Assembly: GCA_002405995.1 (NCBI GenBank)
Contig: DHMW01000122.1
Coordinates: forward strand, 21,791-84,518
Reading direction: 5' to 3'
Source: Oscillospiraceae bacterium UBA4632
GTDB taxonomy: Bacteria; Bacillota; Clostridia; Oscillospirales; Oscillospiraceae
Length of the DNA stretch: 62,728 nucleotides
Positions 26,300 to 35,637 of this stretch are shown one piece after another (positions within the stretch are counted from its first letter, which is position 1; every line of letters begins with the position of its first letter). The position numbers and the translations under genes were made by a program. Under the pieces are notes generated by a model, which saw only the letters and a list, made by a program, of their open reading frames with translations, had not been told where the DNA came from and ran no database searches.

Positions 26300-27925
26300 A
26301 TGAGCAAAAAGAAGAACGCCCGGCGCGGCGGCGTGCAGGCCAGAGGGTACAGCGAAGCCGGGGCCAGTATGACGCGGCGAGCGCTCAAGGGCTTTATCCC
26401 CGACAGCGGCTCGCCCAATGAGGATATCAACCGCAACGGAATGACGCTCCGTCAGCGGTCGAGGATGCTGTATATGGCCGCGCCGGTAGCGACTTCGGCC
26501 ATCAATACCAACCGCACCAAAATCGTCGGCACTGGGCTGACGCTGAAATCGACCATCGACCGTGACCTGCTGGGCCTGTCGCCGGAAGCGGCAAAGGCGT
26601 GGCAGCGGAAAGCGGAAGCGGAATTTGCGCTGTGGGCGAACAAGGCGCAGAACTGCGACGCACTCGGTCTGAACAATTTCGCAGGCTTGCAGCAGCTGGC
26701 CTTGAAGTCGTGGCTGCTCTCCGGCGACGTATTCCCGCTTGTGAAGCATTACACCCCCACGCCGCTGAATCCCTATTCCCTGCGCATCCACCTGATCGAA
26801 GCCGACCGTGTGAGCACGCCGGATGAATTCGGCGGATATTCCATGCTGCGCCTGACTGACGGGAAGATCCCCGCCGGAAAGCCGGGCGCGGGCCACAAGG
26901 TCTATGACGGCGTGGAGGTGGACAGTGACGGCCGCGTGGTGGCCTATCACGTCTGCAACAGCTATCCGCAGGCTGACGCGCTGGAAGAAAAGCGCGAATG
27001 GACGCGCGTTCTTGCCTACGGCGAGCGCACCGGCCTGCCGAATATCCTGCACATCATGGACAGCGAGCGCCCCGACCAGTACCGCGGCGTTCCGTATCTG
27101 GCGCAGGTCATTGAGCCGCTTTTACAGCTCCGGCGCTACACGGAAGCTGAGCTGATGGCCGCACTGGTGCAGAGCTTTTTCACGGCGTGGATCGAGACGG
27201 AAACCGACCCGTCGCAGATTCCCGTGAACGAGGTCGGCGGCAGCAACATCGACGGCGTACCGGACGCGAACCCCGGCGAGTTTGCCAGCGGTGAGAACGA
27301 GTATCAGATGGGGCCAGGCACGGTGACGCACCTTGCCCCCGGCGAAAAGGTGCAGTTCGGCAATCCGAACGTGCCGACGGCGGGCTTTGAAACCTTCGTC
27401 AAGACCATCTGCCGCATCGTCGGCTCGGCGCTGGAACTGCCCTATGACGTGCTGATCAAGGAGTTCAACAGCTCCTATTCCGCCAGCCGCGGCGCGCTGC
27501 TGGAAGCGTGGGAAGCGTTCAAAATGCGCCGCGTGTGGTTTGTGGACGGCTTCTGTCAGCCGATATATGAAATCTGGCTGGCCGAGGCGGTTGCCCGCGG
27601 GCGCATCAAGGCCCCCGGCTTTTTCGACGACCCGCTGCTGCGCGCTGCGTGGAGCGGGGCGCGGTGGATCGGCCCCGTACAGGGGCAGCTTGACCCCAAG
27701 AAGGAAGCCGAGGCCGCGATCATGCTGACCAACTGCGGCATCAAGACCCACGAGCAGATCACCCGCGAGCTGGGCGGCGGCGACTGGCAGGAGAACGTGG
27801 AGCAGCTGAAAGCTGAAAACGAACTGCTTGCCGCGGCCGGAAGCCCGACGCATCAGGCCCTCCCGCCCGACGATGACGGCGGGGATGATGGCGAGGACGG
27901 CGGTGACGGCGATGAGAACAACTAA
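26300..27925 (+). CDS. Portal protein, lambda family
   Basis: LRQRSRML, GVEVD..GR.VAY, RPDQYRGVP.LA, SYSASRGALLE, DPKKEAEA. Confidence 0.95.
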   Translation: MSKKKNARRGGVQARGYSEAGASMTRRALKGFIPDSGSPNEDINRNGMTLRQRSRMLYMAAPVATSAINTNRTKIVGTGLTLKSTIDRDLLGLSPEAAKAWQRKAEAEFALWANKAQNCDALGLNNFAGLQQLALKSWLLSGDVFPLVKHYTPTPLNPYSLRIHLIEADRVSTPDEFGGYSMLRLTDGKIPAGKPGAGHKVYDGVEVDSDGRVVAYHVCNSYPQADALEEKREWTRVLAYGERTGLPNILHIMDSERPDQYRGVPYLAQVIEPLLQLRRYTEAELMAALVQSFFTAWIETETDPSQIPVNEVGGSNIDGVPDANPGEFASGENEYQMGPGTVTHLAPGEKVQFGNPNVPTAGFETFVKTICRIVGSALELPYDVLIKEFNSSYSASRGALLEAWEAFKMRRVWFVDGFCQPIYEIWLAEAVARGRIKAPGFFDDPLLRAAWSGARWIGPVQGQLDPKKEAEAAIMLTNCGIKTHEQITRELGGGDWQENVEQLKAENELLAAAGSPTHQALPPDDDGGDDGEDGGDGDENN

Positions 27926-28121
27926 CTATGAGCACCTGCTTGAGCTGGGCGTGTGGAAGATGGCAAACGCCATATGGAACTACCTGTGCGACAGCTGCGC
28001 CTACTGCCCGCGCAGCCGCGAGCGCCGATGCAACGACGATTGCCGCGCGGGCATCCGCGAATGGCTGAACGCCCCATACATCCCATCAAGTGATATCTGG
28101 AAAGAGAGGAATCGAACGTGA
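27912..28121 (+). CDS. Small Cys-containing protein between portal and protease
   Basis: 69 aa, CDSCAYC...RCNDDCRAGIREWL; overlaps both neighbours. Confidence 0.55.
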   Translation: MRTTNYEHLLELGVWKMANAIWNYLCDSCAYCPRSRERRCNDDCRAGIREWLNAPYIPSSDIWKERNRT

Positions 28122-29329
28122 AAGGCATCAACATCAAGAGAAACTGCTATGCCCTGTCCAGCTCCGACGGCGTTTCTGCCGAAGTGCAGATGTACGGCGA
28201 CGTCGTGGAGACGTGGCCGACGGACTGGTGGACGGGCGAAAAGCTGGAGGGCAACTACATTGCGCAGGACGAATTTCTGCGCGATCTGGACGCGATCAAG
28301 GGCTGCAAGGATGCAACCATCCGCCTGAACAGCTACGGCGGCGATGCGGTGGTCGGCATCGTAATCCACAACCGGCTCCGTGAGCTGGCTGCGGCCGGCA
28401 TGAAGCTTACCTGCATTGTGGACGGCGTGGCCATGAGCGCCGGCAGCGTCATCATGTGCGCCTGCGATACGGTCAAGGTGAATCCGTCCTCCCTTGTGAT
28501 GATCCACAAGGGCTGGTCGTTCCTTTACGGCGGCTACAACGCCGACGATATGCGAAAGGCCGCCGAGGGCATGGACAGCTACGACAAGGCGATGGTGAGC
28601 ATCTACAAGCGCAAAAGCGGCATGAGCGATACGGTCATCAGTCACATGATGAGCGACGAAACCTATATGACCGGCCGCGAAGCCGTGGAAAAGGGCTTTG
28701 CCGATGAAGTCATTGAGGACGCTGAGCCGCTGGACATCGCCGCCAGCGCGGACGGCCGCTGCCTGTTCGTGCGCGGCCGCAAGATGCACCTCTGCCCCGG
28801 CATGGTGCTGCCGGACAATATCCCCACGGTCACACCCGGCGCGGAAGCGTCGGCTGCGATAAATCAGCCTGTGGTCACAGGCGGTGATAAAGGAGGAAAT
28901 AACTCTATGACCAAGGAAGAACTCCGGGCAAAGTACCCGGAACTGGTTGCCGAGGTGGAAGCGGACGCACGCGCGGCCGTCGATACCAACGCCGCCGTCA
29001 CCGAAGCGGTGCAGGCTGAGGAGCGCCGTATGCAGGAGATCGACGAGGTGTCCGCTCTGTTTTCGGACGAGCTGGTGCAGGAAGCCAAGTACGGTGACAA
29101 GAAGTGTACCGCGCAGGAGCTTGCCTACCGTGCCGCGCAGAAAGCGGCCAAACAGGGCAGCAAATTCCTTGCCGACGCGGATGGCGACGCCAAGGACAGC
29201 GGCGCGTCCGGTGTGCCTGCCGCCCCCGGCGCCGATGACGGCAAGGACGGCGAGGACGACAAGGACGACATCGAAGCGCAGGCCAAGGCTGCGGTCGCAG
29301 CCTTCCTGAAGCGGAAGGAGGGCAAGTAA
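28118..29329 (+). CDS. ClpP-like prohead protease with scaffold C-terminus
   Basis: LNSYGGD, DGVAMSAGSVI, MIH, ETYMTGREAVEKGFADE; C-terminal ELRAKYPELV...ERRMQEID. Confidence 0.92.
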   Translation: MKGINIKRNCYALSSSDGVSAEVQMYGDVVETWPTDWWTGEKLEGNYIAQDEFLRDLDAIKGCKDATIRLNSYGGDAVVGIVIHNRLRELAAAGMKLTCIVDGVAMSAGSVIMCACDTVKVNPSSLVMIHKGWSFLYGGYNADDMRKAAEGMDSYDKAMVSIYKRKSGMSDTVISHMMSDETYMTGREAVEKGFADEVIEDAEPLDIAASADGRCLFVRGRKMHLCPGMVLPDNIPTVTPGAEASAAINQPVVTGGDKGGNNSMTKEELRAKYPELVAEVEADARAAVDTNAAVTEAVQAEERRMQEIDEVSALFSDELVQEAKYGDKKCTAQELAYRAAQKAAKQGSKFLADADGDAKDSGASGVPAAPGADDGKDGEDDKDDIEAQAKAAVAAFLKRKEGK

Positions 29330-29332
29330 GCC

Positions 29333-29752
29333 ATGAACAAGAATCTCGTAAGACCTATTGGCAGCTGCACGGTGGACAACCTGATCGCCAAGCTGACCCC
29401 CGCAGCAGAAACCTTCGGCGTCACGATCCGCAAGGAGGGCAGCGCCGAGACGACCTATAAGCGCGGCACGATCCTCGCCATGTCCAGCCGCGACGGTAAG
29501 TGCGTCATTCTCGGCACGACCGCGCAGGCTGCCGTGACCGGCGACAACCCCGTGGCCGCCGAGGAGCTGACCCCGCACTGCATCCTTGCGGACGATGTGA
29601 CCGTCGGCAAGACTGCCGACGCAGTGGCCGTCGCGTACCGCTGTGGCAATTTCAACCGCGCCGCCGTCGCCGTCAAGTCCGGCTACACCCTGAGTGCTGC
29701 CGATGAGGACGCCATGCGCAAGTATGACATCATCCTCACCGACATGATGTAA
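29333..29752 (+). CDS. Head decoration protein (gpD-like)
   Basis: YKRGTILA...CILADD...AY..GNFN; between protease and capsid. Confidence 0.8.
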   Translation: MNKNLVRPIGSCTVDNLIAKLTPAAETFGVTIRKEGSAETTYKRGTILAMSSRDGKCVILGTTAQAAVTGDNPVAAEELTPHCILADDVTVGKTADAVAVAYRCGNFNRAAVAVKSGYTLSAADEDAMRKYDIILTDMM

Positions 29753-29763
29753 GGAGGAACTTT

Positions 29764-30849
29764 ATGGACATTTACAGCACCTATTTCATGCTCGCAGCGG
29801 TGCGCGAAATCCCGCTGGAGCAGTCTTTCTTCAAGACCCGCTACTTCCCCACGGATGACGCAATGGACGTCTTCGGCACCTCCCGCGTCCTTGCGGACTA
29901 CAAGGAGGAAAAGCAGAAGCGCGCGCCCTTCGTGCTGCCGCGCATCGGCTCCATCCCCGGCACTCGTGACGGTTATAGTACGGCGGAGCTTGAGCCTGCC
30001 AACATCGCCGTGGCAATGCCCCTGACGCTGGACCAGCTGCAGAGCCGCGGCTTCGGCGAATCGCTGCTCTCTACGGCTACCCCCGCAGAGCGCGAACGCC
30101 ACTTCCTCGTGCATGACCTCGCGGAGCTGTCTGCCCGTATCTCCCGCAGCGAGGAGCTGCTGGCGGTGCAGACCATCCTGAACAACGGCACGACCATGCG
30201 TCACCGCACCGACCGCGCGGATGTCTACGAGGACATCGGCGTGCAGTTCTACGACGGCACGAACAACCCCGCGCTGTTCACTCCGTCCGCGACGTGGGCG
30301 CACAGCACCTATTCCAACGGTATCTGGACGCCCGGCAACTGGTACGACGACATCTGCACCATGATCCACCAGCTGACCCAGAGCGGCCGCCCCGTGCGCG
30401 AAATCCTCGTGGCGCAGGATGTGGGCGACTTCCTCATGGAGGACGGCTGGGTGCTCGCCATGCTGGATAACCGCCGCGTGGAGCTTGGCCGCATCGACCC
30501 GTCTGAGCTGACCGAGTTCGTCTATCAGATCGGCTCGTTCAACTTCAAGGGCCGTGTGCTTCCCATTCTCGTTTCCGACGGCACCTATGAGGACGAGAAC
30601 GGCCGAGACACTGCCTATGTGCCTGCCGGTACGGTCATCGCCATTGCGCCCAACGTTGGCCGTGGCCTGTACGGCGCCGTGACGCAGATGGAGAACGACG
30701 GCCATTTCCACACCTACGCCAATAAGCGCGTTCCGCAGCACATCTACACCATCCGTCCGCCCGCCCGCGAGACGCAGCTTTCCTGCCGCCCGCTGTTCGT
30801 CCCCAACCGCATCAACCCGTGGCGCGTGGCGAAGAACGTCCTCGGCTGA
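29764..30849 (+). CDS. Major capsid protein (lambda gpE family)
   Basis: 361 aa; FFKTRYFP, RAPFV.P, C-terminal SCRPLFVP; canonical position. Confidence 0.88.
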   Translation: MDIYSTYFMLAAVREIPLEQSFFKTRYFPTDDAMDVFGTSRVLADYKEEKQKRAPFVLPRIGSIPGTRDGYSTAELEPANIAVAMPLTLDQLQSRGFGESLLSTATPAERERHFLVHDLAELSARISRSEELLAVQTILNNGTTMRHRTDRADVYEDIGVQFYDGTNNPALFTPSATWAHSTYSNGIWTPGNWYDDICTMIHQLTQSGRPVREILVAQDVGDFLMEDGWVLAMLDNRRVELGRIDPSELTEFVYQIGSFNFKGRVLPILVSDGTYEDENGRDTAYVPAGTVIAIAPNVGRGLYGAVTQMENDGHFHTYANKRVPQHIYTIRPPARETQLSCRPLFVPNRINPWRVAKNVLG

Positions 30850-30863
30850 GAAAGGAGCGGAAC

Positions 30864-31289
30864 ATGATCAGAATGATTTCCGGCTCCACTCGCATCGGCA
30901 AGCGCACCTACACTCCCGTTGACGGCTGCTTTGAAGCCGCTCCGGAGGTGGAGGAACGCCTTGTCGCGCAGAAGGTTGCCGTCTTTGTGCCGGAGAGGCA
31001 CGCGGAGGGCGTTGCAACGCCGCCTGCGGGCTCGGACGAGAATCAGGCGGGCGACGACACTGCCGCGCTCAACAACGCCGCAGAGGGCGAGGAAACGGGC
31101 CATCTTGACCTCGAACAGCTCTCGACGCTGACCTGTGACAAGCTCCGCGCTCTGGCCGAGGACATGGGCATCAGCACCGGCAAGCTCAAGACCAAGGCGC
31201 AGCTCATTGACGCCATCACCGCCGCCGAGGTCACCCCCGGCGACGGCGACATGCCGCCCGTTCTTTCGGCGGAGGCCCCTGTGGAATGA
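30864..31289 (+). CDS. Head-associated protein with Rho-N/HeH-like motif
   Basis: LSTLTCDKLRALAEDMGI...KTKAQLIDAI. Confidence 0.6.
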   Translation: MIRMISGSTRIGKRTYTPVDGCFEAAPEVEERLVAQKVAVFVPERHAEGVATPPAGSDENQAGDDTAALNNAAEGEETGHLDLEQLSTLTCDKLRALAEDMGISTGKLKTKAQLIDAITAAEVTPGDGDMPPVLSAEAPVE

Positions 31290-31660
31290 GCGCGTTCAAG
31301 GACATGGTTGCCGCGGATAACCTTGCGGTATTTCTCAACGACGGCGAGTTTGCCGACCGGCGCACCGTGCGCTACGACGGCGCGGTGTATGCGGACATCC
31401 CCATCGTGCTGTCCGGCATCAAGCAGAGCGAGCGCCCCGTCATGGTGAGCAGCGGCGACCATGGCCAGGGGCTTTATCTGGCGTCGGCTGTGCTGCACTG
31501 CGCGCTGTCCGACCTCGGCGGCAACCAGCCGGAAAAGGGTATGCGCATCCAGATCAACGACGAGGAGGGCAGCGGTGGATTCTACCGTGAGTTCTATGTT
31601 GCCGCGTCTGTCTGCGAAATGGGGATGCTGCGGGTGGAATTGGAGGCGATTGACGAATGA
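31286..31660 (+). CDS. Head-tail adaptor/closure protein
   Basis: MSAFKDMVAAD..AVFLN..EFAD; position. Confidence 0.65.
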   Translation: MSAFKDMVAADNLAVFLNDGEFADRRTVRYDGAVYADIPIVLSGIKQSERPVMVSSGDHGQGLYLASAVLHCALSDLGGNQPEKGMRIQINDEEGSGGFYREFYVAASVCEMGMLRVELEAIDE

Positions 31661-32229
31661 GCACTGTCCGTATCAGCGAAGCAAACGCCAATACCGTCGA
31701 GCGCGCCAATAAGCTCCTTGCCGGTATTCCAGGCGGCATCTATAAGGCGTCCTATGCGGCGCTGCGCCGCGCGGGAGACCAGGCGAAAACCAAGGCCGGA
31801 CAGTTCGCCGCCGCTGAGTACACCATCAACAAGGGAGACTTCATGCGTAATGTCACCAGCAAAACCAGTATCACCGGCGACGCTGGCGGCGTGGCAAGCC
31901 TACGCATCATGTACGCGGGGAACGTGCTGCCGCTGCTGACATTCCGGACGCGGTATTCGCGCGCTGGCCGTCTGCAAACGCAGGTGATGCGCTCCGGCGG
32001 AACGGCTGTGCTGGAACATGCCTTTGCCGGGCGGGTATTCGGCCCGACGGCGGTATTTGAGCGCGTCGGCAAGGACCGGTTCCCCGTGCAGCAGCTGTTC
32101 GGCCCATCTACTGCCCACATGATGCGCAACGAGCACGTCATAGAGCAGATGGACGAGACGATTCAGGACGCATTCGGGCAGCGCATGGAGCACGAGATCA
32201 CGCGCCTGCTCAACGGCTGGGGAGGGTAA
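31657..32229 (+). CDS. Minor tail/neck protein (gpZ-like)
   Basis: Basic protein; HAF...VFERVGK.RFPV..LFGPS...M. Confidence 0.65.
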   Translation: MSTVRISEANANTVERANKLLAGIPGGIYKASYAALRRAGDQAKTKAGQFAAAEYTINKGDFMRNVTSKTSITGDAGGVASLRIMYAGNVLPLLTFRTRYSRAGRLQTQVMRSGGTAVLEHAFAGRVFGPTAVFERVGKDRFPVQQLFGPSTAHMMRNEHVIEQMDETIQDAFGQRMEHEITRLLNGWGG

Positions 32230-32232
32230 CGG

Positions 32233-32724
32233 ATGGACCGAGTTGACCTTCTGAACGCGCTGAAAGCGTTCACGCTGGAATCGACCGGCGAAATTCTGAT
32301 GCCGACCTCTGCCCAGAAGGGCGACGGCGAGCCGGAGCTTCGGGCCGCGCGGGTGCATCTGATGCGCCTGCCGGACAGCCGGGCCGCCGAGAAGAAAGCC
32401 CCCTACATCATCCACCAGCTCATTACCGCCAAGGACCAGCAGGAAAAGGGCCAGCTGCCCAAATCGACAGCGCAGGTGCGCTCCATCTTCTGCGTATACA
32501 GCAGCGACGAGGAAGAGGGCGCGCTTGCGCTGCTCAATCTTATGGAGCGGCTGCGCATCGACCTGCTGCGCAAATGCGTCCTTGCCGACCGGTATGAGCT
32601 TGACCTTGAAACAGGACTGGAAGGGCTGATTTATCCCAACGATTCCGCGCCCTACTACATGGGCGAAATGGTGAGTATGTGGAAACTTCCGGCTGTGGAA
32701 AGAGAGGTACGCCAATGGCTGTAA
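32233..32724 (+). CDS. Tail terminator-like protein
   Basis: Position before the sheath; APYII, PYYMGEMVSMW. Confidence 0.55.
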   Translation: MDRVDLLNALKAFTLESTGEILMPTSAQKGDGEPELRAARVHLMRLPDSRAAEKKAPYIIHQLITAKDQQEKGQLPKSTAQVRSIFCVYSSDEEEGALALLNLMERLRIDLLRKCVLADRYELDLETGLEGLIYPNDSAPYYMGEMVSMWKLPAVEREVRQWL

Positions 32725-33017
32725 GACGAGCCGCGGGACGGTCGGCACGAAAGAAAAAAACCGTTCAGGAGCCGGTGCGGTACTGCGTATACCTCGGCCC
32801 ATCTATCCGTGGCGTCGTGCAATACGGTGCCATTTTTCATTGCTCACGCGACGACGCCTGCAAGCAGCTTGCGCCCTATGTGGAGCGCTGGCCGCGCATC
32901 CGCAGCCTGATTGTGGACGGCGAGCAGCTGAGCGAAGCGCGAATCCGAATCAAAACACCCGGCAACGGCTTATACGAGCAGGCGCGCAGGCTGACCCGCG
33001 AGCTGGCCGGAGAATAA
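32715..33017 (+). CDS. Hypothetical tail protein
   Basis: VYLGPSI motif; immediately upstream of the sheath. Confidence 0.6.
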   Translation: MAVRRAAGRSARKKKTVQEPVRYCVYLGPSIRGVVQYGAIFHCSRDDACKQLAPYVERWPRIRSLIVDGEQLSEARIRIKTPGNGLYEQARRLTRELAGE

Positions 33018-33032
33018 AGGAGGGTATCAACC

Positions 33033-34454
33033 ATGCCTAATCATGGCGTAAATGTGACCAAGAGAGCTACGAGCGTTTCTACGCCGATCGTCGCAAAGGT
33101 CGGCATCCCGTTCGTCATCGGCTCTGCGCCGGTCCATACGGCGGAGAATCCGGCCACGGTCGGCATCCCCGTCCTCTGCACGAGCTGGGACGAATACGAA
33201 TCCAAGTTCGGCTACTCTGACGACTGGGGGAAGTTCACCCTTTGCGAGTTTGCCTACTCCCACTTCAAGCTCTACGGCTGCCAGCCGGTGATCTTCTGCA
33301 ACCTGCTGAATCCCGAAACCATGAAGGAAGCCGTGACGGCGGACGATCTCACAGTGGTCAACCGCCGCGTGGAGCTGCCGGTGACGGCGATCCCGTCCAC
33401 CGTGGTGGTCAAGGCGGACGGCGGCGAGGGCGCAGCGTACACGCTGGACGAGGATTACACGGTCTATCTGGCCGACGAGCATATCTACGTCGAGCTGGAC
33501 GCGCGCAGCGAGCACGCAACGGAGGAGAGCCTGAACATCGCCTACTCCACCGTCAAGACCGATGCCGTGACGGCGGCGCTCGTCGCATCCAGCATGGACG
33601 CGATCGAGCTTTGTATGTCCACGGCCGGCGTCATCCCCGACCTCATCTGCGCGCCCGGCTTCTCGCAGGTCAGCTCCGTTGCGGCGGTGATGGCGACCAA
33701 GGCCACGGCCATCAACGGCATCTTCCCCGCCAAGGCGCTGGTGGACGTTGACAGCTCCGCATCCGGCTGCACCGCCTACAATGCGGTGTCGGCGTGGAAG
33801 CAGAGCAAGAACCTTGTGGATCTGACCGAGATCCTGTGCTGGCCGATGTGCTCGCTGGATAAGCGCAAGTTCCACCTTTCCACGCAGCTGGCCGGTTTGA
33901 TCGCCAGCGTTGACGCCGGCAACGACGGCTGCCCCTATGAAAGCCCGTCCAACAAGGCACTCAAGATCGACGGCCTGTGTCTGGAGAACGGCACGCCCGT
34001 CACGCAGACCAAGGCGCAGGCAGACACGCTGAATAACATCGGCGTGGTAACGGCGCTGAACTTCCTGTCCTCCGGCTGGGTGGCATGTGGCAACTATACC
34101 GCGTGTTACCCCACCAACACGGACGTCAAGGATTACTTCATCCCTCTCAGCCGCATGTTTGACTGGGTATCCAGCAGCCTGATCCAGTCCTGCTGGGCGA
34201 AGCTGGACAAGCCGATGAACCGCCGCCTGATCGACGCAATCATGAACAGCGCAAACATCTGGCTCAATGGCCTCGTCGGCGCGGGGTATCTGCTCGGCGC
34301 GCGCGTTGAGTTCGTGGACGCGGAGAACCCCGTTGCCGACCTGATGGCGGGCATTGTGCGCTTCCACGTCTACATCACCCCGCCCAGCCCCGCACAGGAG
34401 ATCTCGTTCATTCTGGAATACGACGCCGACTATGTGACGGCGGCGTTTGCCTAA
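33033..34454 (+). CDS. Tail sheath protein
   Basis: HGV.V, IGSAP, PDLICAPGFS, ESPSNK, ITPPSPAQEISF. Confidence 0.92.
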   Translation: MPNHGVNVTKRATSVSTPIVAKVGIPFVIGSAPVHTAENPATVGIPVLCTSWDEYESKFGYSDDWGKFTLCEFAYSHFKLYGCQPVIFCNLLNPETMKEAVTADDLTVVNRRVELPVTAIPSTVVVKADGGEGAAYTLDEDYTVYLADEHIYVELDARSEHATEESLNIAYSTVKTDAVTAALVASSMDAIELCMSTAGVIPDLICAPGFSQVSSVAAVMATKATAINGIFPAKALVDVDSSASGCTAYNAVSAWKQSKNLVDLTEILCWPMCSLDKRKFHLSTQLAGLIASVDAGNDGCPYESPSNKALKIDGLCLENGTPVTQTKAQADTLNNIGVVTALNFLSSGWVACGNYTACYPTNTDVKDYFIPLSRMFDWVSSSLIQSCWAKLDKPMNRRLIDAIMNSANIWLNGLVGAGYLLGARVEFVDAENPVADLMAGIVRFHVYITPPSPAQEISFILEYDADYVTAAFA

Positions 34455-34467
34455 GGAGGTGTAATTC

Positions 34468-34977
34468 ATGGATTCTGCGGTCATCAATTTTGCGGTCTAT
34501 GAGGACGGCAAGGAATTTATCGGCACGGCCAGCGCCACGATGCCGGATATCGGCTTTGCTACGGTGTCCCATTCCGGCGCGGGCATTTCCGGTGAGATCG
34601 AGGACGTCATCCTCGGCCATCTGAACGCGATGACGCTCGCGCTCAACTTCAAGACGCTGAGCGACAATGCGTTCCGCCTGGCAGAGATGCGCTATCACGA
34701 CATCGACCTGCGCGTGGCGCAGCAGGAGGAGGACCCTGTTGCCGGTGCGATCAAGGTGCGCGCCGTGAAGCACTTCATGCGCGTGATTCCTAAGAAAACC
34801 GGCGGCGGTGGCGTGGCCCCTGCGTCTGCGGCGGATGTTTCCGGCGAATACGCGGTGCGCTACTGGAAAACCACCATCGACGGCGAGACGAAGCAGGAAC
34901 TCGACCCGCTGAACTTCATTTGTAACGTCAACGGCGTCGACGTGCTCTCCGAGGTCAGGACGGCGCTCGGCAAGTAA
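34468..34977 (+). CDS. Tail tube protein (P2 FII-like)
   Basis: INFAVY.DG, GAGISGEI, ELDPLN....NGVD.L..VRTALG. Confidence 0.9.
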   Translation: MDSAVINFAVYEDGKEFIGTASATMPDIGFATVSHSGAGISGEIEDVILGHLNAMTLALNFKTLSDNAFRLAEMRYHDIDLRVAQQEEDPVAGAIKVRAVKHFMRVIPKKTGGGGVAPASAADVSGEYAVRYWKTTIDGETKQELDPLNFICNVNGVDVLSEVRTALGK

Positions 34978-34987
34978 GTCAACCAAC

Positions 34988-35030
34988 GCACCCGGCAGGA
35001 GAAAAGTGCTCTTGCCGGGTGCAGCTTTTT
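34988..35030 (+). terminator. Intrinsic terminator/attenuator after the tube gene
   Basis: GCACCCGGCAGGAG / CTCTTGCCGGGTGC stem followed by AGCTTTTT. Confidence 0.65.
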
Positions 35031-35049
35031 GTGTGAAAGGAGATATCCC

Positions 35050-35424
35050 ATGAGTACGAAAAAGACCGACAACATCGTAGATGCAGATGCTTTCTCCGTC
35101 GCGGAGAACGAGGCCGAAAACGCGGCCTTTACCTACGTTCACCATTTTTCCACGCCGTTTACCTACGACGGCGTGACCTATGACACGCTGACCTTTGACT
35201 GGGGCAGCCTGACCGGCAGGGACGGCCTTGCCATTGAGAGTGAGCTTCAGGCGCTCGGCAAGCCGGTCATCGTCCCGACACTTTCCGGCGAGTACCTGAT
35301 CCGCATGGCTGCGCGTGCCTGTGACAAGCCCATCGGCTCGGATGCGTTCGAGCTGATGCGCCTTTCTGACTACAACCGTATCAGGAGCAGCGCAAGAAGT
35401 TTTTTGCTCAGATCGGAGCTGTAA
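35050..35424 (+). CDS. Tail assembly chaperone (gpE/gp41-like)
   Basis: Between tube and tape measure; ends ...ARSFLLRSEL over a T6G slippery run. Confidence 0.8.
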   Translation: MSTKKTDNIVDADAFSVAENEAENAAFTYVHHFSTPFTYDGVTYDTLTFDWGSLTGRDGLAIESELQALGKPVIVPTLSGEYLIRMAARACDKPIGSDAFELMRLSDYNRIRSSARSFLLRSEL

Positions 35425-35582
35425 TCGGAGACGGCGGCACATGGCTGCGCCGCCAATGCCTGTTACTGGCAAAGGTGAACAATACGCCGGTGCCGTTCTG
35501 GCTGTCTCTGCCGCTGTGCGAACTGTCGGCGTGGATCAGGGACAGCAACTGGATCGTTGAAAAATCGAAACCGCACCCATAG
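35403..35582 (+). CDS. -1 frameshift extension of the tail chaperone (gpE'/gpGT-type)
   Basis: TTTTTTG at 35400-35406; the -1 frame is open to TAG 35580-35582 and includes TPVPFWLSLPLCELSAW. Confidence 0.72.
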   Translation, partial: FAQIGAVIGDGGTWLRRQCLLLAKVNNTPVPFWLSLPLCELSAWIRDSNWIVEKSKPHP

Positions 35583-35637
35583 CGGTCGGCTTTTTTGACC
35601 GCTATGGGTAAGAAAATAGACCAAAGGAGGGCTGACT

